Notes under the pieces: generated by a model
Databases searched by the model: none
Told to the model about the DNA's origin: nothing
What the model saw: the letters and a program-made list of their open reading frames with translations, nothing else
Assembly: GCA_964203045.1 (NCBI GenBank)
Contig: CAXNKU010000010.1
Span: forward strand, 4,490-68,489
Length of the DNA: 64,000 nucleotides
Origin: Gaiellales bacterium
Lineage (GTDB): Bacteria; Actinomycetota; Thermoleophilia; Gaiellales; F1-60-MAGs149
Direction of reading: 5' to 3'
Made by a program: the position numbers and the translations under genes
Shown here: piece after piece, positions 49,680-59,557 of the stretch
How the letters are laid out: each line of letters begins with the position of its first letter
Position numbering within the stretch: position 1 is the stretch's first letter

Positions 49680-51068
49680 CTACGGCGCAGGCGCAGCGAG
49701 CACTTTGCCCGGGTTCATTAGCCCGAGCGGATCCATCGCATCCTTGATGCGACGCATCATCGCCATCGTCTCCGCATCGTGCTCGATCGGGAGGTAGCGA
49801 ACCTTGCCCGACCCGACGCCGTGCTCTCCGGTGCACGTGCCCTCCATCGCGATCGCGCGCTGCACGAGGCGATCGTGCAACGCCTCGGCCGCCTCGACCT
49901 CCTCGGCACTGGTCGGATCGACCACGATCGTGAGATGAAAGTTGCCATCGCCAACATGGCCGACGATCGGTGCAAACACGCCAGAACGATCGAGGTCGGC
50001 GCGCGACTCTTCGATGCATTCGGCTAGCCGCGAAACCGGCACGCAGACGTCCGTCGGCATGCCCCGGCAGCCTGGGCGTAGAGCGATCGTTGCCTCATAG
50101 ACCTGATGGCGGGCCGACCAGAGGCGCTTGGCCTCAGTCGGATCGGTTGTCCACTCGTAGCCCTCAGCGCCATGTGCTGCGACGACTTCGCCGAGCGCAG
50201 CGGCATGCTCCTGCACGCCCGCGACCGAACCGTGCAGGTCGATAAACAGGGTTGGGCGTTCGGCCATTGGCAGCTGCGACCGCAGCACGATCGCATGCAT
50301 CGTGACCTCGTCGAGCAGCTCGATTCGCGCGACGGGGAGCCCCATCTGGATCGTCTCGATCGCGGCCTCAACCGCATCGCGCACGGTCGGAAAATTGACG
50401 ACGGCCGACGCTGTCGCCTCGGGCAGCGGGTACAGCTTGACGGTCAATTCCGTGATCACACCAAGCGTGCCCTCCGAACCAATCAAGAGGTGCGTCAGGT
50501 CGTAGCCAGCGGACGACTTGCGGGCCCGCGAGCGCGTGCGCATGATCTCGCCGTCGGCCGTCACGATGGTCAACGACAGCACGTTCTCGCGCATCGTCCC
50601 GTAGCGCACAGCAGTCGTTCCCGAGGCGCCGGTGGCAGCCATGCCGCCGAGCGTCGCATCGGCACCTGGGTCGACGGAGAAGAAGACACCGTCCTCGCGC
50701 AGCCGCGCCTCGAGTTGACGGCGTGTCACGCCGGCCTCGACCGTGGCGTCGAGGTCCTCTGGGCGCACGGCGATGATGCGGTTCATGCGGGTCAGGTCGA
50801 TCGAGACACCGCCATGGAGTGGTGTGACGTTGCCCTCCAGCGACGAGCCAACGCCAAATGGGACCATCGGCACGCGGCGCTGATTGCAGACGCGGACAAC
50901 GCCCGCGACCTGCTCGGTCGTGGCGGGAAAGACGACGGCGTCTGGCAACACGGTCTCGTGTGCCGATTCGTCGTGGCCGTGCCGGTCAAGCTCGCTTGCC
51001 GAGGTGGTGACGTGTTCTTCACCGACGACCGCGGCGAGTGCGGCAACGAGTTCTGTCGAATCGCTCAT
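49680..51068 (-). CDS. FAD-binding oxidoreductase (D-lactate dehydrogenase/GlcD family)
   Basis: GSSLEG, GSEGTLG, GHVGDGNFH, GEHGVG, NPGK. Confidence 0.9.
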   Translation of the reverse strand: MSDSTELVAALAAVVGEEHVTTSASELDRHGHDESAHETVLPDAVVFPATTEQVAGVVRVCNQRRVPMVPFGVGSSLEGNVTPLHGGVSIDLTRMNRIIAVRPEDLDATVEAGVTRRQLEARLREDGVFFSVDPGADATLGGMAATGASGTTAVRYGTMRENVLSLTIVTADGEIMRTRSRARKSSAGYDLTHLLIGSEGTLGVITELTVKLYPLPEATASAVVNFPTVRDAVEAAIETIQMGLPVARIELLDEVTMHAIVLRSQLPMAERPTLFIDLHGSVAGVQEHAAALGEVVAAHGAEGYEWTTDPTEAKRLWSARHQVYEATIALRPGCRGMPTDVCVPVSRLAECIEESRADLDRSGVFAPIVGHVGDGNFHLTIVVDPTSAEEVEAAEALHDRLVQRAIAMEGTCTGEHGVGSGKVRYLPIEHDAETMAMMRRIKDAMDPLGLMNPGKVLAAPAP

Positions 51069-51682
51069 GGGCGAAAGCGTAACCGCGCAGCGGCGAGGTC
51101 TTCGGGTGTATTGACGTTGACCAACGCATCGAGGTCGGCCGGGACGAGGCCAGGCAAGGCCAGCAGGTCGGCCTCGTCAAGGATTTGGCTGGCAATCCGG
51201 TCGGGCAGCGCGTTCGCGCCGCGTACGCCTTCGGCCAGCAAGGCCGAAACTGTCGCCAGCACCGACGTGCGATAGACCGCGGCGAGTGGGTGGCGGTGTC
51301 CGTCAGCAATCGGCACGACGGCATCGAATTCGTCCGTCAGTGCAGCAAGCAGTCCGCGGACGAAGGTGGGATGGAGGAGAGGCAGATCGACGCTCGCCAC
51401 GAAGACCACGTCTGCGCGATCGCCGATCGCGATCAACCCCGATTCGAGACCACGCAATGGTCCCTCGTCGGCGACGGTATCGTGGACACACTCGACTCCG
51501 CTGGGTAGTTCGGGCAGCGCTTGACCGACGGCAGTCACGGCCACGACCGGAGCAGCACCAGCCGCGCTCAGAACGTCGGCGACATGAGCAGCGAGCGGGC
51601 GCCCAAACCACTCGAGGTCGGCCTTGGTTGCGCCCATGCGGGTCGAAGCACCGCCGAGCAAGAGGATCCCGCCGGTCTGCAT
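51065..51682 (-). CDS. mobA: Molybdenum cofactor guanylyltransferase
   Basis: LLGGASTRMG..KA, GPLRG, VDLP, NVNTPED. Confidence 0.85.
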   Translation of the reverse strand: MQTGGILLLGGASTRMGATKADLEWFGRPLAAHVADVLSAAGAAPVVAVTAVGQALPELPSGVECVHDTVADEGPLRGLESGLIAIGDRADVVFVASVDLPLLHPTFVRGLLAALTDEFDAVVPIADGHRHPLAAVYRTSVLATVSALLAEGVRGANALPDRIASQILDEADLLALPGLVPADLDALVNVNTPEDLAAARLRFRP

Positions 51683-52422
51683 TACGCGTCGCCGCGGCAG
51701 ACCGCGGCAAAGCCGGTACCAATGGCATGCCCGACCAGCGTGGCCGAGGCATCGGCCAGACGGGCATCGCGCTCGAGCCGATCGGGGTCGACGCCGTTAC
51801 GAGCGAAGAAGGCAGCCGTCTCGAGGAGCACCGTGCCGTCGAAGTCGCCGCGGATCGCACGTGCCAGCGCATCCGCGAAGAAGATGGGAGTCTCGGGGTG
51901 ACACTGAAACGCCCACGTCTTTCCGTGCCGCAAGGCCTGGATGCTGGCATCCGTCTCGATCAAAATTGTCGAATCCGCTGGCGCAGTAAAGGCAAAGGCA
52001 TGCGCGTGGAAGCTCGAGTACATCTCCGGGATGCCGCGCAGCAGTGGATCATCCTGTGCGGCGGGCAGCGTGCGAACGTCGTGGTACGCGAGCTCCTGGT
52101 CGCACTTGTAGACATCGCCGCCGAGTACTTGGGCGAGCAACTGTCCACCAAGGCAGACGCCAAGCACGGGCAAATCCTGAGCCAGGGCGTCTTCGATTGC
52201 GCCGCGCGCACGGTGTACCGCCGGATTGTCATCGATCGGATCGGCGAGCCCGGGCAGCACGATCAGGCCGTCATAGCCCGCCATCGAGGGCACATCGTTG
52301 AAGGCCATGTGCGTGTCGAGCTCGGCGCCGGTGCCGTAGAACCCGTCACCAATTCGACCGAGTCCTTTGTCGACGTCGTTCTGCACGACGAGAATGCGGA
52401 GGGGGGAGCCATGCTCGCTCAT
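51682..52422 (-). CDS. Type 1 glutamine amidotransferase-like protein
   Basis: GVCLGGQ and QCHPE (Cys-His-Glu triad). Confidence 0.85.
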   Translation of the reverse strand: MSEHGSPLRILVVQNDVDKGLGRIGDGFYGTGAELDTHMAFNDVPSMAGYDGLIVLPGLADPIDDNPAVHRARGAIEDALAQDLPVLGVCLGGQLLAQVLGGDVYKCDQELAYHDVRTLPAAQDDPLLRGIPEMYSSFHAHAFAFTAPADSTILIETDASIQALRHGKTWAFQCHPETPIFFADALARAIRGDFDGTVLLETAAFFARNGVDPDRLERDARLADASATLVGHAIGTGFAAVCRGDA

Positions 52423-52458
52423 TGCGGCAGGCTATCAGCCACTGCTAGGGTCAGCAGT

Positions 52459-53688
52459 ATGAAAACGTGCTGCGTGATCGGTGCAGGCGTCGCGGGACTG
52501 ACCGCGGCAGATAGTCTCGCCCAGAGTGGCGTCGAGGTTGTCGTCCTCGAGGCCCGCGATCGCGTTGGCGGCCGGGTCTGGTCGGACCGGCTTGCGGGTG
52601 GCGGTCTCGTCGAGCGGGGTGCCGAATTTATTACCGCCGGGTACGACGCCACCGACGCGATGGTCGAGCGCTTGGGCCTTGCCTACGCAGGCATGGGCAT
52701 TCGCTATCCCGACCGCGCCCTACGCCCCGACCCAGGCATCGACCGAGCCGAGGCGCTGCGCGTCGCCGGGCTGGTTGAGGCCGCCGCGGCTGCCGCCGGT
52801 GCGGACGCGATGGCGATCGACATTCTTGATGCGGTTGTCGAAGACGCCCGCATTCGCGAGCTGCTCGCGAGTCGCGCCCAGAGCGCCTCGTCCGTGGCAC
52901 TCGAACTGTTGCCGGCAGAACGCCTGCGCACGATCGGGCACCTGCTTGATGACGGAGAGACGCGGCGCGTTGTTGGTGGTAATCAGCAGCTCGCACTGCG
53001 ACTCGCGGAAGGGCTCGGGGCTGCGGTGCGTCTCTCGACGCCCGTGCTGCGGATCGAGCATGGCCCGAACGGTGTGCGCGTCCACACAGCGGACGACGTG
53101 ATCGAGGCTGATACTTGCATCGTCGCCGTGCCGCTCGCCGTTACCGAGCAGATCGCGTTCGATCCACCTTTGTCTTCGGAGCGTCGTGCCGCGATGGCGG
53201 CAATCCCGATTGGGCAGGCCGCGAAACTCGCAGTGCCCGCTGATGAGCCGGTAGCAGCTGCGGCGATCATGTCGACGCCCGGCCGCTTTTGGGCCTACAC
53301 GTCGGCGTGTGATGAGGTCGGTGGCACGGTCGTTGGCTCGTGGGCCGGTGCCACGCCTGTGCTCGATCTACTCGAGGTCGACGAGGGATCGACCGTCTGG
53401 GCACGCGAGATCCGGGCGCTCTGGCCCGAGTTGCCGGCGCTCGATATTGACGCCGCGAGCATGACGGTCTGGCGCTCCGACCGTGAGTGGACGGGCGGTA
53501 GCTACTCCGCGGTCACTGGCATTCCCGACGATCGCGATCGCCACCCAATCGGTGACGCGATCGGACGCCTCGCATTTGCAGGCGAGCACACCGCACCGCG
53601 CGATTGGACGGCCACCATTGAAGGCGCTATCCGCAGCGGGCAGCGGGCGGCAGACGACATCCTCAACACACTTGGAGACGCACAATGA
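52459..53688 (+). CDS. Flavin monoamine oxidase family protein
   Basis: GAGVAGL, EARDRVGGR, AGEHT...EGAIRSG. Confidence 0.88.
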   Translation: MKTCCVIGAGVAGLTAADSLAQSGVEVVVLEARDRVGGRVWSDRLAGGGLVERGAEFITAGYDATDAMVERLGLAYAGMGIRYPDRALRPDPGIDRAEALRVAGLVEAAAAAAGADAMAIDILDAVVEDARIRELLASRAQSASSVALELLPAERLRTIGHLLDDGETRRVVGGNQQLALRLAEGLGAAVRLSTPVLRIEHGPNGVRVHTADDVIEADTCIVAVPLAVTEQIAFDPPLSSERRAAMAAIPIGQAAKLAVPADEPVAAAAIMSTPGRFWAYTSACDEVGGTVVGSWAGATPVLDLLEVDEGSTVWAREIRALWPELPALDIDAASMTVWRSDREWTGGSYSAVTGIPDDRDRHPIGDAIGRLAFAGEHTAPRDWTATIEGAIRSGQRAADDILNTLGDAQ

Positions 53689-54017
53689 GCAAGGCAATTC
53701 GACTCGCAGCAACCGACCTCGACACCGTCGAAGCGGTCCTCGAAGATGGTGCGTTGGCAAAGACCGTCGTCCAGCTCGACTCGGGCGGCGGGTTGTCCTC
53801 GGGCGTCTGGGAGTCCGAAGCCTTCACGTGGGACACCGACGGCTACCCCGTCGATGAGACCTGCGTGTTGATCGAGGGTGTCGTTGAGTTCCGCTACCCG
53901 GACGGCACGATCGAGACGTATGGCCCCGGCGAGGCGTTCGCGATTGCCAAAGGCACTCCACTCGTCTGGCACCAGGACGGCACGGTCAAGAAGTTTTTTG
54001 TCATCCGCGAGAGCTGA
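53685..54017 (+). CDS. Cupin (EutQ/DUF861-like)
   Basis: GVWES...ETCVLIEG...KKFF. Confidence 0.8.
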   Translation: MSKAIRLAATDLDTVEAVLEDGALAKTVVQLDSGGGLSSGVWESEAFTWDTDGYPVDETCVLIEGVVEFRYPDGTIETYGPGEAFAIAKGTPLVWHQDGTVKKFFVIRES

Positions 54018-54044
54018 GTAGGCAGCGGGGCTGACCCCTTCTGT

Positions 54045-55364
54045 TCACTCGACGTAGAGCGAGGGGCGCGGCTGGCCGAGGATGGCGCGTGCCGCGTCCC
54101 GACCTGTGCGCACAGCGCCCTCCATGTAGCCCGCTGACCAGTGGTCGGAGCCGGCCACGTAGAAGGGCGGCTCATGCGTGCCATGGAGGGGGCCGACCGC
54201 CATCAGATCGCCGGGCTCCCAGATAGCGACATAGCCGAGCGTGTAGGGGTCGGTGCCCCAGTGCCGCCACAGCACCGCCTTCGCCTCAACCGGACCACAC
54301 AGTCGTTCCAGCGAGTCGAGCAAGCCCTGCGTCAGGGTCCCGGGCGGTGCGGCATCGATGTACCCGCGCTTCTCCGGGCCGAGCAGGGATGACAGCGTGT
54401 TCTCACCTTGCACCCAGAAGCCACCGACCGCGTGCTCGGACACCGCCAGACCGTTCCAGCCGACGCGGCGCCAGACGGGCTCGTCGAGCACGGTGATGCC
54501 CTTCGACGCCAGCGCCTGACGCTGGCGATGGAGCGACCGTACGCGCTCTGTCGAGAGTCCGGTGATGCCGACGCGGCGTAGCGGGCCGACGGGCAGCGCA
54601 CAGACCACCGCATCTGCGGTCATGACCTCGCCGCTCACGAGCGTGACGACGCACGGAGAGCCCACGTGGATCGATGCGACGGGCGCGCTAAAACGGATCC
54701 GACCCGAAAGCTCGGCCTCGAGCGCATCGACAAGCACGCTCGAGCCGCCCTGTACCTTGAGGTTCTCCCACTGGCTGTAGTTCGTGTTGAGGACGCCGCC
54801 GACGCTGGCAGCCGCGCGCGCCCAGGACAGCACCGAACTGCGCTCGAACGTGCCTCCCGCCGAAGCGAAGGCCTCCGCTTCGAACAGGCGGTACGCCATC
54901 CACGTCGGCTCGAGCGACCGAATCAGCGCTCCGACCGAGAGATTATCGAGGCGTTCGGCGTCCGGATGTGACCACGGGTCGGCAGGATTGACGGTGGCCG
55001 CGATGCGCAGCATCTCCTCCTGGAGACGCTCGAAGCTCGCAAGATCCGCCTCCGTCAGCCACTCCTCGCCGATGTGCGCGCCATCGAGCATGTCGTAGCC
55101 GTTCTCTCCCGACTCGTCGGTGTAGCTCGGCACGATCTCAAGCCCGAGCTCGGCCGCGAGTTCCAGATAGCCATGATGGACGGTGCCAATGATCTCGCCA
55201 CCCATCTGCAGCACGCGTCCGTCGTCGAACTCCATGCCCTCGACACGACCACCGACGCGCGCACGCGCCTCGACGATGACGACGTCCGTTCCCGCGCGCG
55301 CCAGATCGCGGGCGCAGGAGAGTCCACCGAGGCCTCCACCGACAACTATTACATCCGACTTCAT
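54045..55364 (-). CDS. Flavin monoamine oxidase family protein
   Basis: GGGLGGL, EARARVGGR, GYMEGAVRTG. Confidence 0.88.
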   Translation of the reverse strand: MKSDVIVVGGGLGGLSCARDLARAGTDVVIVEARARVGGRVEGMEFDDGRVLQMGGEIIGTVHHGYLELAAELGLEIVPSYTDESGENGYDMLDGAHIGEEWLTEADLASFERLQEEMLRIAATVNPADPWSHPDAERLDNLSVGALIRSLEPTWMAYRLFEAEAFASAGGTFERSSVLSWARAAASVGGVLNTNYSQWENLKVQGGSSVLVDALEAELSGRIRFSAPVASIHVGSPCVVTLVSGEVMTADAVVCALPVGPLRRVGITGLSTERVRSLHRQRQALASKGITVLDEPVWRRVGWNGLAVSEHAVGGFWVQGENTLSSLLGPEKRGYIDAAPPGTLTQGLLDSLERLCGPVEAKAVLWRHWGTDPYTLGYVAIWEPGDLMAVGPLHGTHEPPFYVAGSDHWSAGYMEGAVRTGRDAARAILGQPRPSLYVE

Positions 55365-55391
55365 GACAACCTCATTCGTGAGAAGGGGGGG

Positions 55392-56336
55392 CTACCGGAA
55401 CGGCGCGCGCGTGCCCGGTTGAGGAAAGGGGTTAGACCAGGCGCGACCGCCGTCGGTCGTGGTGATGCTGATGCGCGCCCACTCCCAGAATTCGGGTGCA
55501 TCAAAGCGCGCGGCGATGATCAGGCCAGCGCTGTCTCGTTCGAGGATCTCGCCGCGATAGTCCGACACTGCGGGATCGGCATTAACACGACCGCCATCCC
55601 ACGCGCCGGAGTGGAGCGTGACGGCTGAAGCAGGCGAGCAGCGCACAATCATCTTGTCGCCGTCGGCTCGGAGATCGAGTAGCTCGGGTCCCGTGGTCGA
55701 ATAGAACGCGCCGGAGCGCAGCGCATTGAGCACAGCCTCACGCGAACGCTCTGCAGCTTTGACGATGGTCCAACCGAGTCCTGCGTCAGACCCGATCGGG
55801 GCGGTTGCCTCGTGTGAGTCGTCGGTCGCGATGCCCTTGATCGAACCGCCGAGCTGGCGCGCGTGGTCCCACTGGACCTCGGAGAGTCCATTGCCCTGCT
55901 GCGCCTCGCATCCGCCGTTGAACACCTCGAGACCCGAGAGCGCTGGGGCGCTCAGATAATCGTCGGCCGTCAGGCAGCTCCAGCGCGGGTGTGCGAGGTA
56001 CGCGACACCGCCGTGGTCCACGACCCACTGGGCGCAGGCTGCGATCGACGAAAACTCCTCGCGCGGCTCGGGCAACTCGTCAATGCCGAGTGCCAGCACC
56101 TCGGCCTCGAATGGCGCGCGATCGAGCTTCGCGGAGAGCTCACTCGCAGGGATCATCACCATCGACGAGGACTCTCCGATGGTCAGTCCCCAATGATCGG
56201 TGATCGCCAGTACGTCACAGCCGGCCTGCTCGTAGTGCGCGACGAGCTCGTCGACCGTCGGAGTGCCGTCCGATTGGTCGGTATGGCAGTGCAGCTGGCA
56301 ACGCAACCATTCGCCCGGAGCTTCAAAGGGATTCAC
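55392..56336 (-). CDS. PHP-domain metallohydrolase (CehA/McbA-like)
   Basis: LHCHT..SDG, AITDH, AHP, TDDSH. Confidence 0.8.
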   Translation of the reverse strand: MNPFEAPGEWLRCQLHCHTDQSDGTPTVDELVAHYEQAGCDVLAITDHWGLTIGESSSMVMIPASELSAKLDRAPFEAEVLALGIDELPEPREEFSSIAACAQWVVDHGGVAYLAHPRWSCLTADDYLSAPALSGLEVFNGGCEAQQGNGLSEVQWDHARQLGGSIKGIATDDSHEATAPIGSDAGLGWTIVKAAERSREAVLNALRSGAFYSTTGPELLDLRADGDKMIVRCSPASAVTLHSGAWDGGRVNADPAVSDYRGEILERDSAGLIIAARFDAPEFWEWARISITTTDGGRAWSNPFPQPGTRAPFR

Positions 56337-56437
56337 ACGTGCGACCGTAGCATGCTGACTGCGCTGTCAGTAATCGCGCTCGTCGGATCGGTGCCATCGG
56401 TAGCGCGGAGGGTGAGTGCGCTCTACGCTTCAGCGCT

Positions 56438-56860
56438 ATGGCGGAGAAAATCACGGACGAAGAAGCGGTCGAGCGTTCGTGCGCCGACGTCACTACCGGC
56501 GAAGCTCGGTACCTGATGGCGCTGCTCGACATGCAGCGCGATGGCACGACGGGCGATACGTCGCAGGCGGGGCTCGCGCGTCACCTTGCTGTGTCGGCTC
56601 CGACTGCACTCGAGATGCTGCGCCGGTTGCGTTCGCTCGGACTCGTTGAGGATAAGACCGTGCACCTGACACCTGCCGGTGCGAGCGCCGCGCTGGTGCT
56701 CAGCTCGCGTCGGCGTGCGGCGCTCGCGATCATGCAGGACGTGCTTGGGTTGGAGGGCGAGGACGCCGAGCACGAGGCGGCTTGGCTGGCAGCCAGCGCG
56801 TCGCCACTCCTCGGGCGGCACCTCATCTCGTGGCGCGCCCACGGAAACTCCAGCTCCTAA
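56438..56860 (+). CDS. DtxR/MntR-like wHTH regulator (degenerate metal sites)
   Basis: LARHLAVSAPTALEMLRRL...LTPAG; dimerisation helix QDVLGL. Confidence 0.7.
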   Translation: MAEKITDEEAVERSCADVTTGEARYLMALLDMQRDGTTGDTSQAGLARHLAVSAPTALEMLRRLRSLGLVEDKTVHLTPAGASAALVLSSRRRAALAIMQDVLGLEGEDAEHEAAWLAASASPLLGRHLISWRAHGNSSS

Positions 56861-56869
56861 GCGCGGGCG

Positions 56870-57934
56870 TTAGACGGTCGCGGTCGCAGCAGCGGCCACG
56901 CGCTTGGCGACCTCTGCTCGGACACGCGGTGCGACTTCGTTGCCGAGTAGCTCGATGCTGCGAAGCGTTGCCCCATGGTCCGTTGGTGCGGCGCTCAGCT
57001 TGATCAGAAAGCGCGTGTTGCCGAAGACGGCGTGGTAATCCAGGAGCTTCTCGACGACGTCGTCGACCGAGCCGATCAGGAGCGCGCCGCCTGGATCGCA
57101 CTCGCGCTCAAAATCGTCGCGCCCGCGGGGAGCCCAACCACGCTCGCGGCCAATCACGTTCATCATCGAGTTGTACGTGGGATAGACGAGATCGCGGGCC
57201 TCTTGGGATGTTTCGGCGACAAAGCCGTGTGCGTTGATCCCGAGTTGCAGCGTCGCGGGGTCGTTCCCATACTCGCCCCAGGCTTGGCGGTAGAGGCGCG
57301 TCATCGGCTCGAAGTGGGCGTACTCGCCACCGATGATTGCCAGCGCCAACGGTAGTTCGAGTGCCGCGGCGCGCACGGCGGATTGTGGCGTGCCACCAAT
57401 TGCGAGCCAGATTGGCAGCTCGTCTTGGAAGGGGCGGGGGAAAACGTCGCGACCATCGATCGAGGGGCGGTGAACGCCTTGCCACGTGACGGTCTGGCTC
57501 TCGCGGAGTGTCAAGAGCAGATCGAGTTTCTCCGTAAAGATCTCGTCGTACTGGCTGAGGTCTTGCCCGAAGAGAGGAAACGACTCGATAAACGACCCAC
57601 GCCCAGCCATGATCTCGGCGCGTCCCTGAGAGATCTGGTCGATCGTCGCGAATTGCTGAAAGACGCGGACAGGATCTTCCGAGCCGAGTACGGTGACGCC
57701 ACTCGACAGGCGAATGCGCTCCGTGCGCGAGGCGGCGGCGGCCAGCACTGTAGTGGGCGACGAGATCGAGAAGTCGGCACGGTGATGCTCGCCGAGCGCG
57801 ATCACATCGAGACCAACCTTGTCGGCCAGCTCGATCTCATCGAGCAGATTGCGGATTCGGAGGCCTTGGTCGATGCGAGCGCCGGTGGCGGCATCGGGCA
57901 TCGAATCACCAAAGTTGTAGAGGCCAATCTGCAT
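56870..57934 (-). CDS. LLM class flavin-dependent oxidoreductase
   Basis: GEHH, DPVRV, GRGSFIESFPLFG. Confidence 0.88.
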   Translation of the reverse strand: MQIGLYNFGDSMPDAATGARIDQGLRIRNLLDEIELADKVGLDVIALGEHHRADFSISSPTTVLAAAASRTERIRLSSGVTVLGSEDPVRVFQQFATIDQISQGRAEIMAGRGSFIESFPLFGQDLSQYDEIFTEKLDLLLTLRESQTVTWQGVHRPSIDGRDVFPRPFQDELPIWLAIGGTPQSAVRAAALELPLALAIIGGEYAHFEPMTRLYRQAWGEYGNDPATLQLGINAHGFVAETSQEARDLVYPTYNSMMNVIGRERGWAPRGRDDFERECDPGGALLIGSVDDVVEKLLDYHAVFGNTRFLIKLSAAPTDHGATLRSIELLGNEVAPRVRAEVAKRVAAAATATV

Positions 57935-57981
57935 GACGATGACAACGCAACGAGACCTACAGATAGTCCCATCACGCAGTT

Positions 57982-58015
57982 GCGGACATTTTGGGCCCGG
58001 GCCCAAAATGTCCGC
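57982..58015. repeat. Family C palindrome copy 2 (perfect 34 bp)
   Basis: GCGGACATTTTGGGCCCGGGCCCAAAATGTCCGC. Confidence 0.85.
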
Positions 58016-58107
58016 CTACGTTTCGCATCGTGAAACCGCCCCTCGCGAGGCCAGTGGCCGCCTCAGCGTGACGAATACGTATTCGTCACACGCGGGTGAC
58101 GCGTTTG

Positions 58108-59454
58108 TCACACGCCGAGGTCGAGTGCTGCGAGCACGCCGGCGAATTCGTCGACGATGCCGGCGTGCTCGGGCTTCATCAGCGTCGAGCGCAACACCGT
58201 CACTGTTGGCTGGTCGGCTTCGAGGCCAAGGTCGTTGGCGCTGACCACGAGCTTCGCAACATGCCAGCCACGCTCAGCGAGTTGCTGGAAGGCGATGTCG
58301 GTCGCCGCGCTGACGGCGCTTGCCGTGGTGCGGGTTGGGTACCAGCAGACGATGTCGAGGTCGGGCTCGAGCACGAGCGTCCAGCCGTTGAGCAGGCGGA
58401 TGTGGTCGGCGAGTGCGAGGGCGGCAGAACGCGCGCCGGCGAGATGGCTACCGAGTCCCTCGCGTGTGAGTGGCACCGCGCGCAGGGTTGCCCAGAGCGC
58501 GGCGGCAGCAGCACCAGAGCGCGAGCATTCGAGGCTGATCTCTCCTGGATGGAGTTCGTCGCTCGTGAAGTACGTGTACGGCGAATCGTGTTTGTAGAAC
58601 CGCCCAACGCTCGGATCGCGGAAGACGATGCAACCACACCCGTACGGCTGAAGGCCGTGCTTGTGCGGATCGATGGCGATCGAGTCGGCGCGGGCAAGGG
58701 CATCGAAAGGCGTGCGCGCTACGCCAGGTGTGCCGCCGTCGGCGAGGATTGCAAAGAAGCCGCCGTAGGCAGCATCGACATGCAGGCGGGCTGCGTATTC
58801 CTCGCAGAGATCGGCGATGCGGTCGATCGGGTCGAGCACGCCAAGTCCGGTTGAACCAAGCGTCGCGACAACGGTTCCAACGCCACCGTGCTGCAGGCGC
58901 TCTTCGAGTGCTGCCAGATCGAGCGTGCCGTGGGCCGTCGCCGGGACAGTCTCGTGTAGTGCGCCGACGACCTCAGAGATGCGTGCGTGCGTGTAGTGCG
59001 CCTGTGCGCTCGACAGCACGACCTTCTCGGGATGCAGGCTGCGCGCGACCCAGAGTGCTTCGAGGTTCGCGATTGTGCCCGACGCCGTCAGATGCGAGAG
59101 GTGCGTCTCCTGGTGCAGCATCCGTGCGATCTGATCGACGGCCTCGCGCTCGAGATGTGCGGTGGCCGGTCCGCCATCGAAGGCGTGGTTGTTCGAGTTG
59201 AGCAGCATTGCCATCGCGTACCCCGCCCACGCCACCGGATGCGGCGGTTTGAGCATCTGCCCGAGGTACTGGGCATCTGCAAACGGGTACGACTGGCCGA
59301 GTCGGTCTGCCAACTCAGCGAGCGCTTCGACCCACTCAGCTGGCGGCTCGCCGCCGTCGTGCGTCAGTGACGCGAGCGGCAGTAACTCGCCGCCACGCCG
59401 ATGAAGACGAGCGATCTGGTCGGATGGAAGTTGAGGCTCAGACACCACCGCCAT
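58108..59454 (-). CDS. Group II PLP-dependent decarboxylase
   Basis: SGTIANLEAL, HVDAAYGG, DPHK. Confidence 0.88.
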   Translation of the reverse strand: MAVVSEPQLPSDQIARLHRRGGELLPLASLTHDGGEPPAEWVEALAELADRLGQSYPFADAQYLGQMLKPPHPVAWAGYAMAMLLNSNNHAFDGGPATAHLEREAVDQIARMLHQETHLSHLTASGTIANLEALWVARSLHPEKVVLSSAQAHYTHARISEVVGALHETVPATAHGTLDLAALEERLQHGGVGTVVATLGSTGLGVLDPIDRIADLCEEYAARLHVDAAYGGFFAILADGGTPGVARTPFDALARADSIAIDPHKHGLQPYGCGCIVFRDPSVGRFYKHDSPYTYFTSDELHPGEISLECSRSGAAAAALWATLRAVPLTREGLGSHLAGARSAALALADHIRLLNGWTLVLEPDLDIVCWYPTRTTASAVSAATDIAFQQLAERGWHVAKLVVSANDLGLEADQPTVTVLRSTLMKPEHAGIVDEFAGVLAALDLGV

Positions 59455-59461
59455 CGTACGC

Positions 59462-59499
59462 GAGGCGACATTCTGGGCCCGGGCCCAGAATGTCGCCTC
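59462..59499. repeat. Family C palindrome copy 3 (perfect 38 bp)
   Basis: GAGGCGACATTCTGGGCCC|GGGCCCAGAATGTCGCCTC. Confidence 0.85.
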
Positions 59500-59557
59500 T
59501 GCCAAATCAGCTGCCGTCACTCGACTCTCGTTTGGTCCCGGCCTGTAGCATGGCGCG

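Noticed and set aside
51286-52458. 800-aa ORF as a fusion protein
   Set aside because: The N-terminal half overlaps mobA and the GATase antisense. The amine oxidase starts at ATG 52459 (MKTCCVIGAG).
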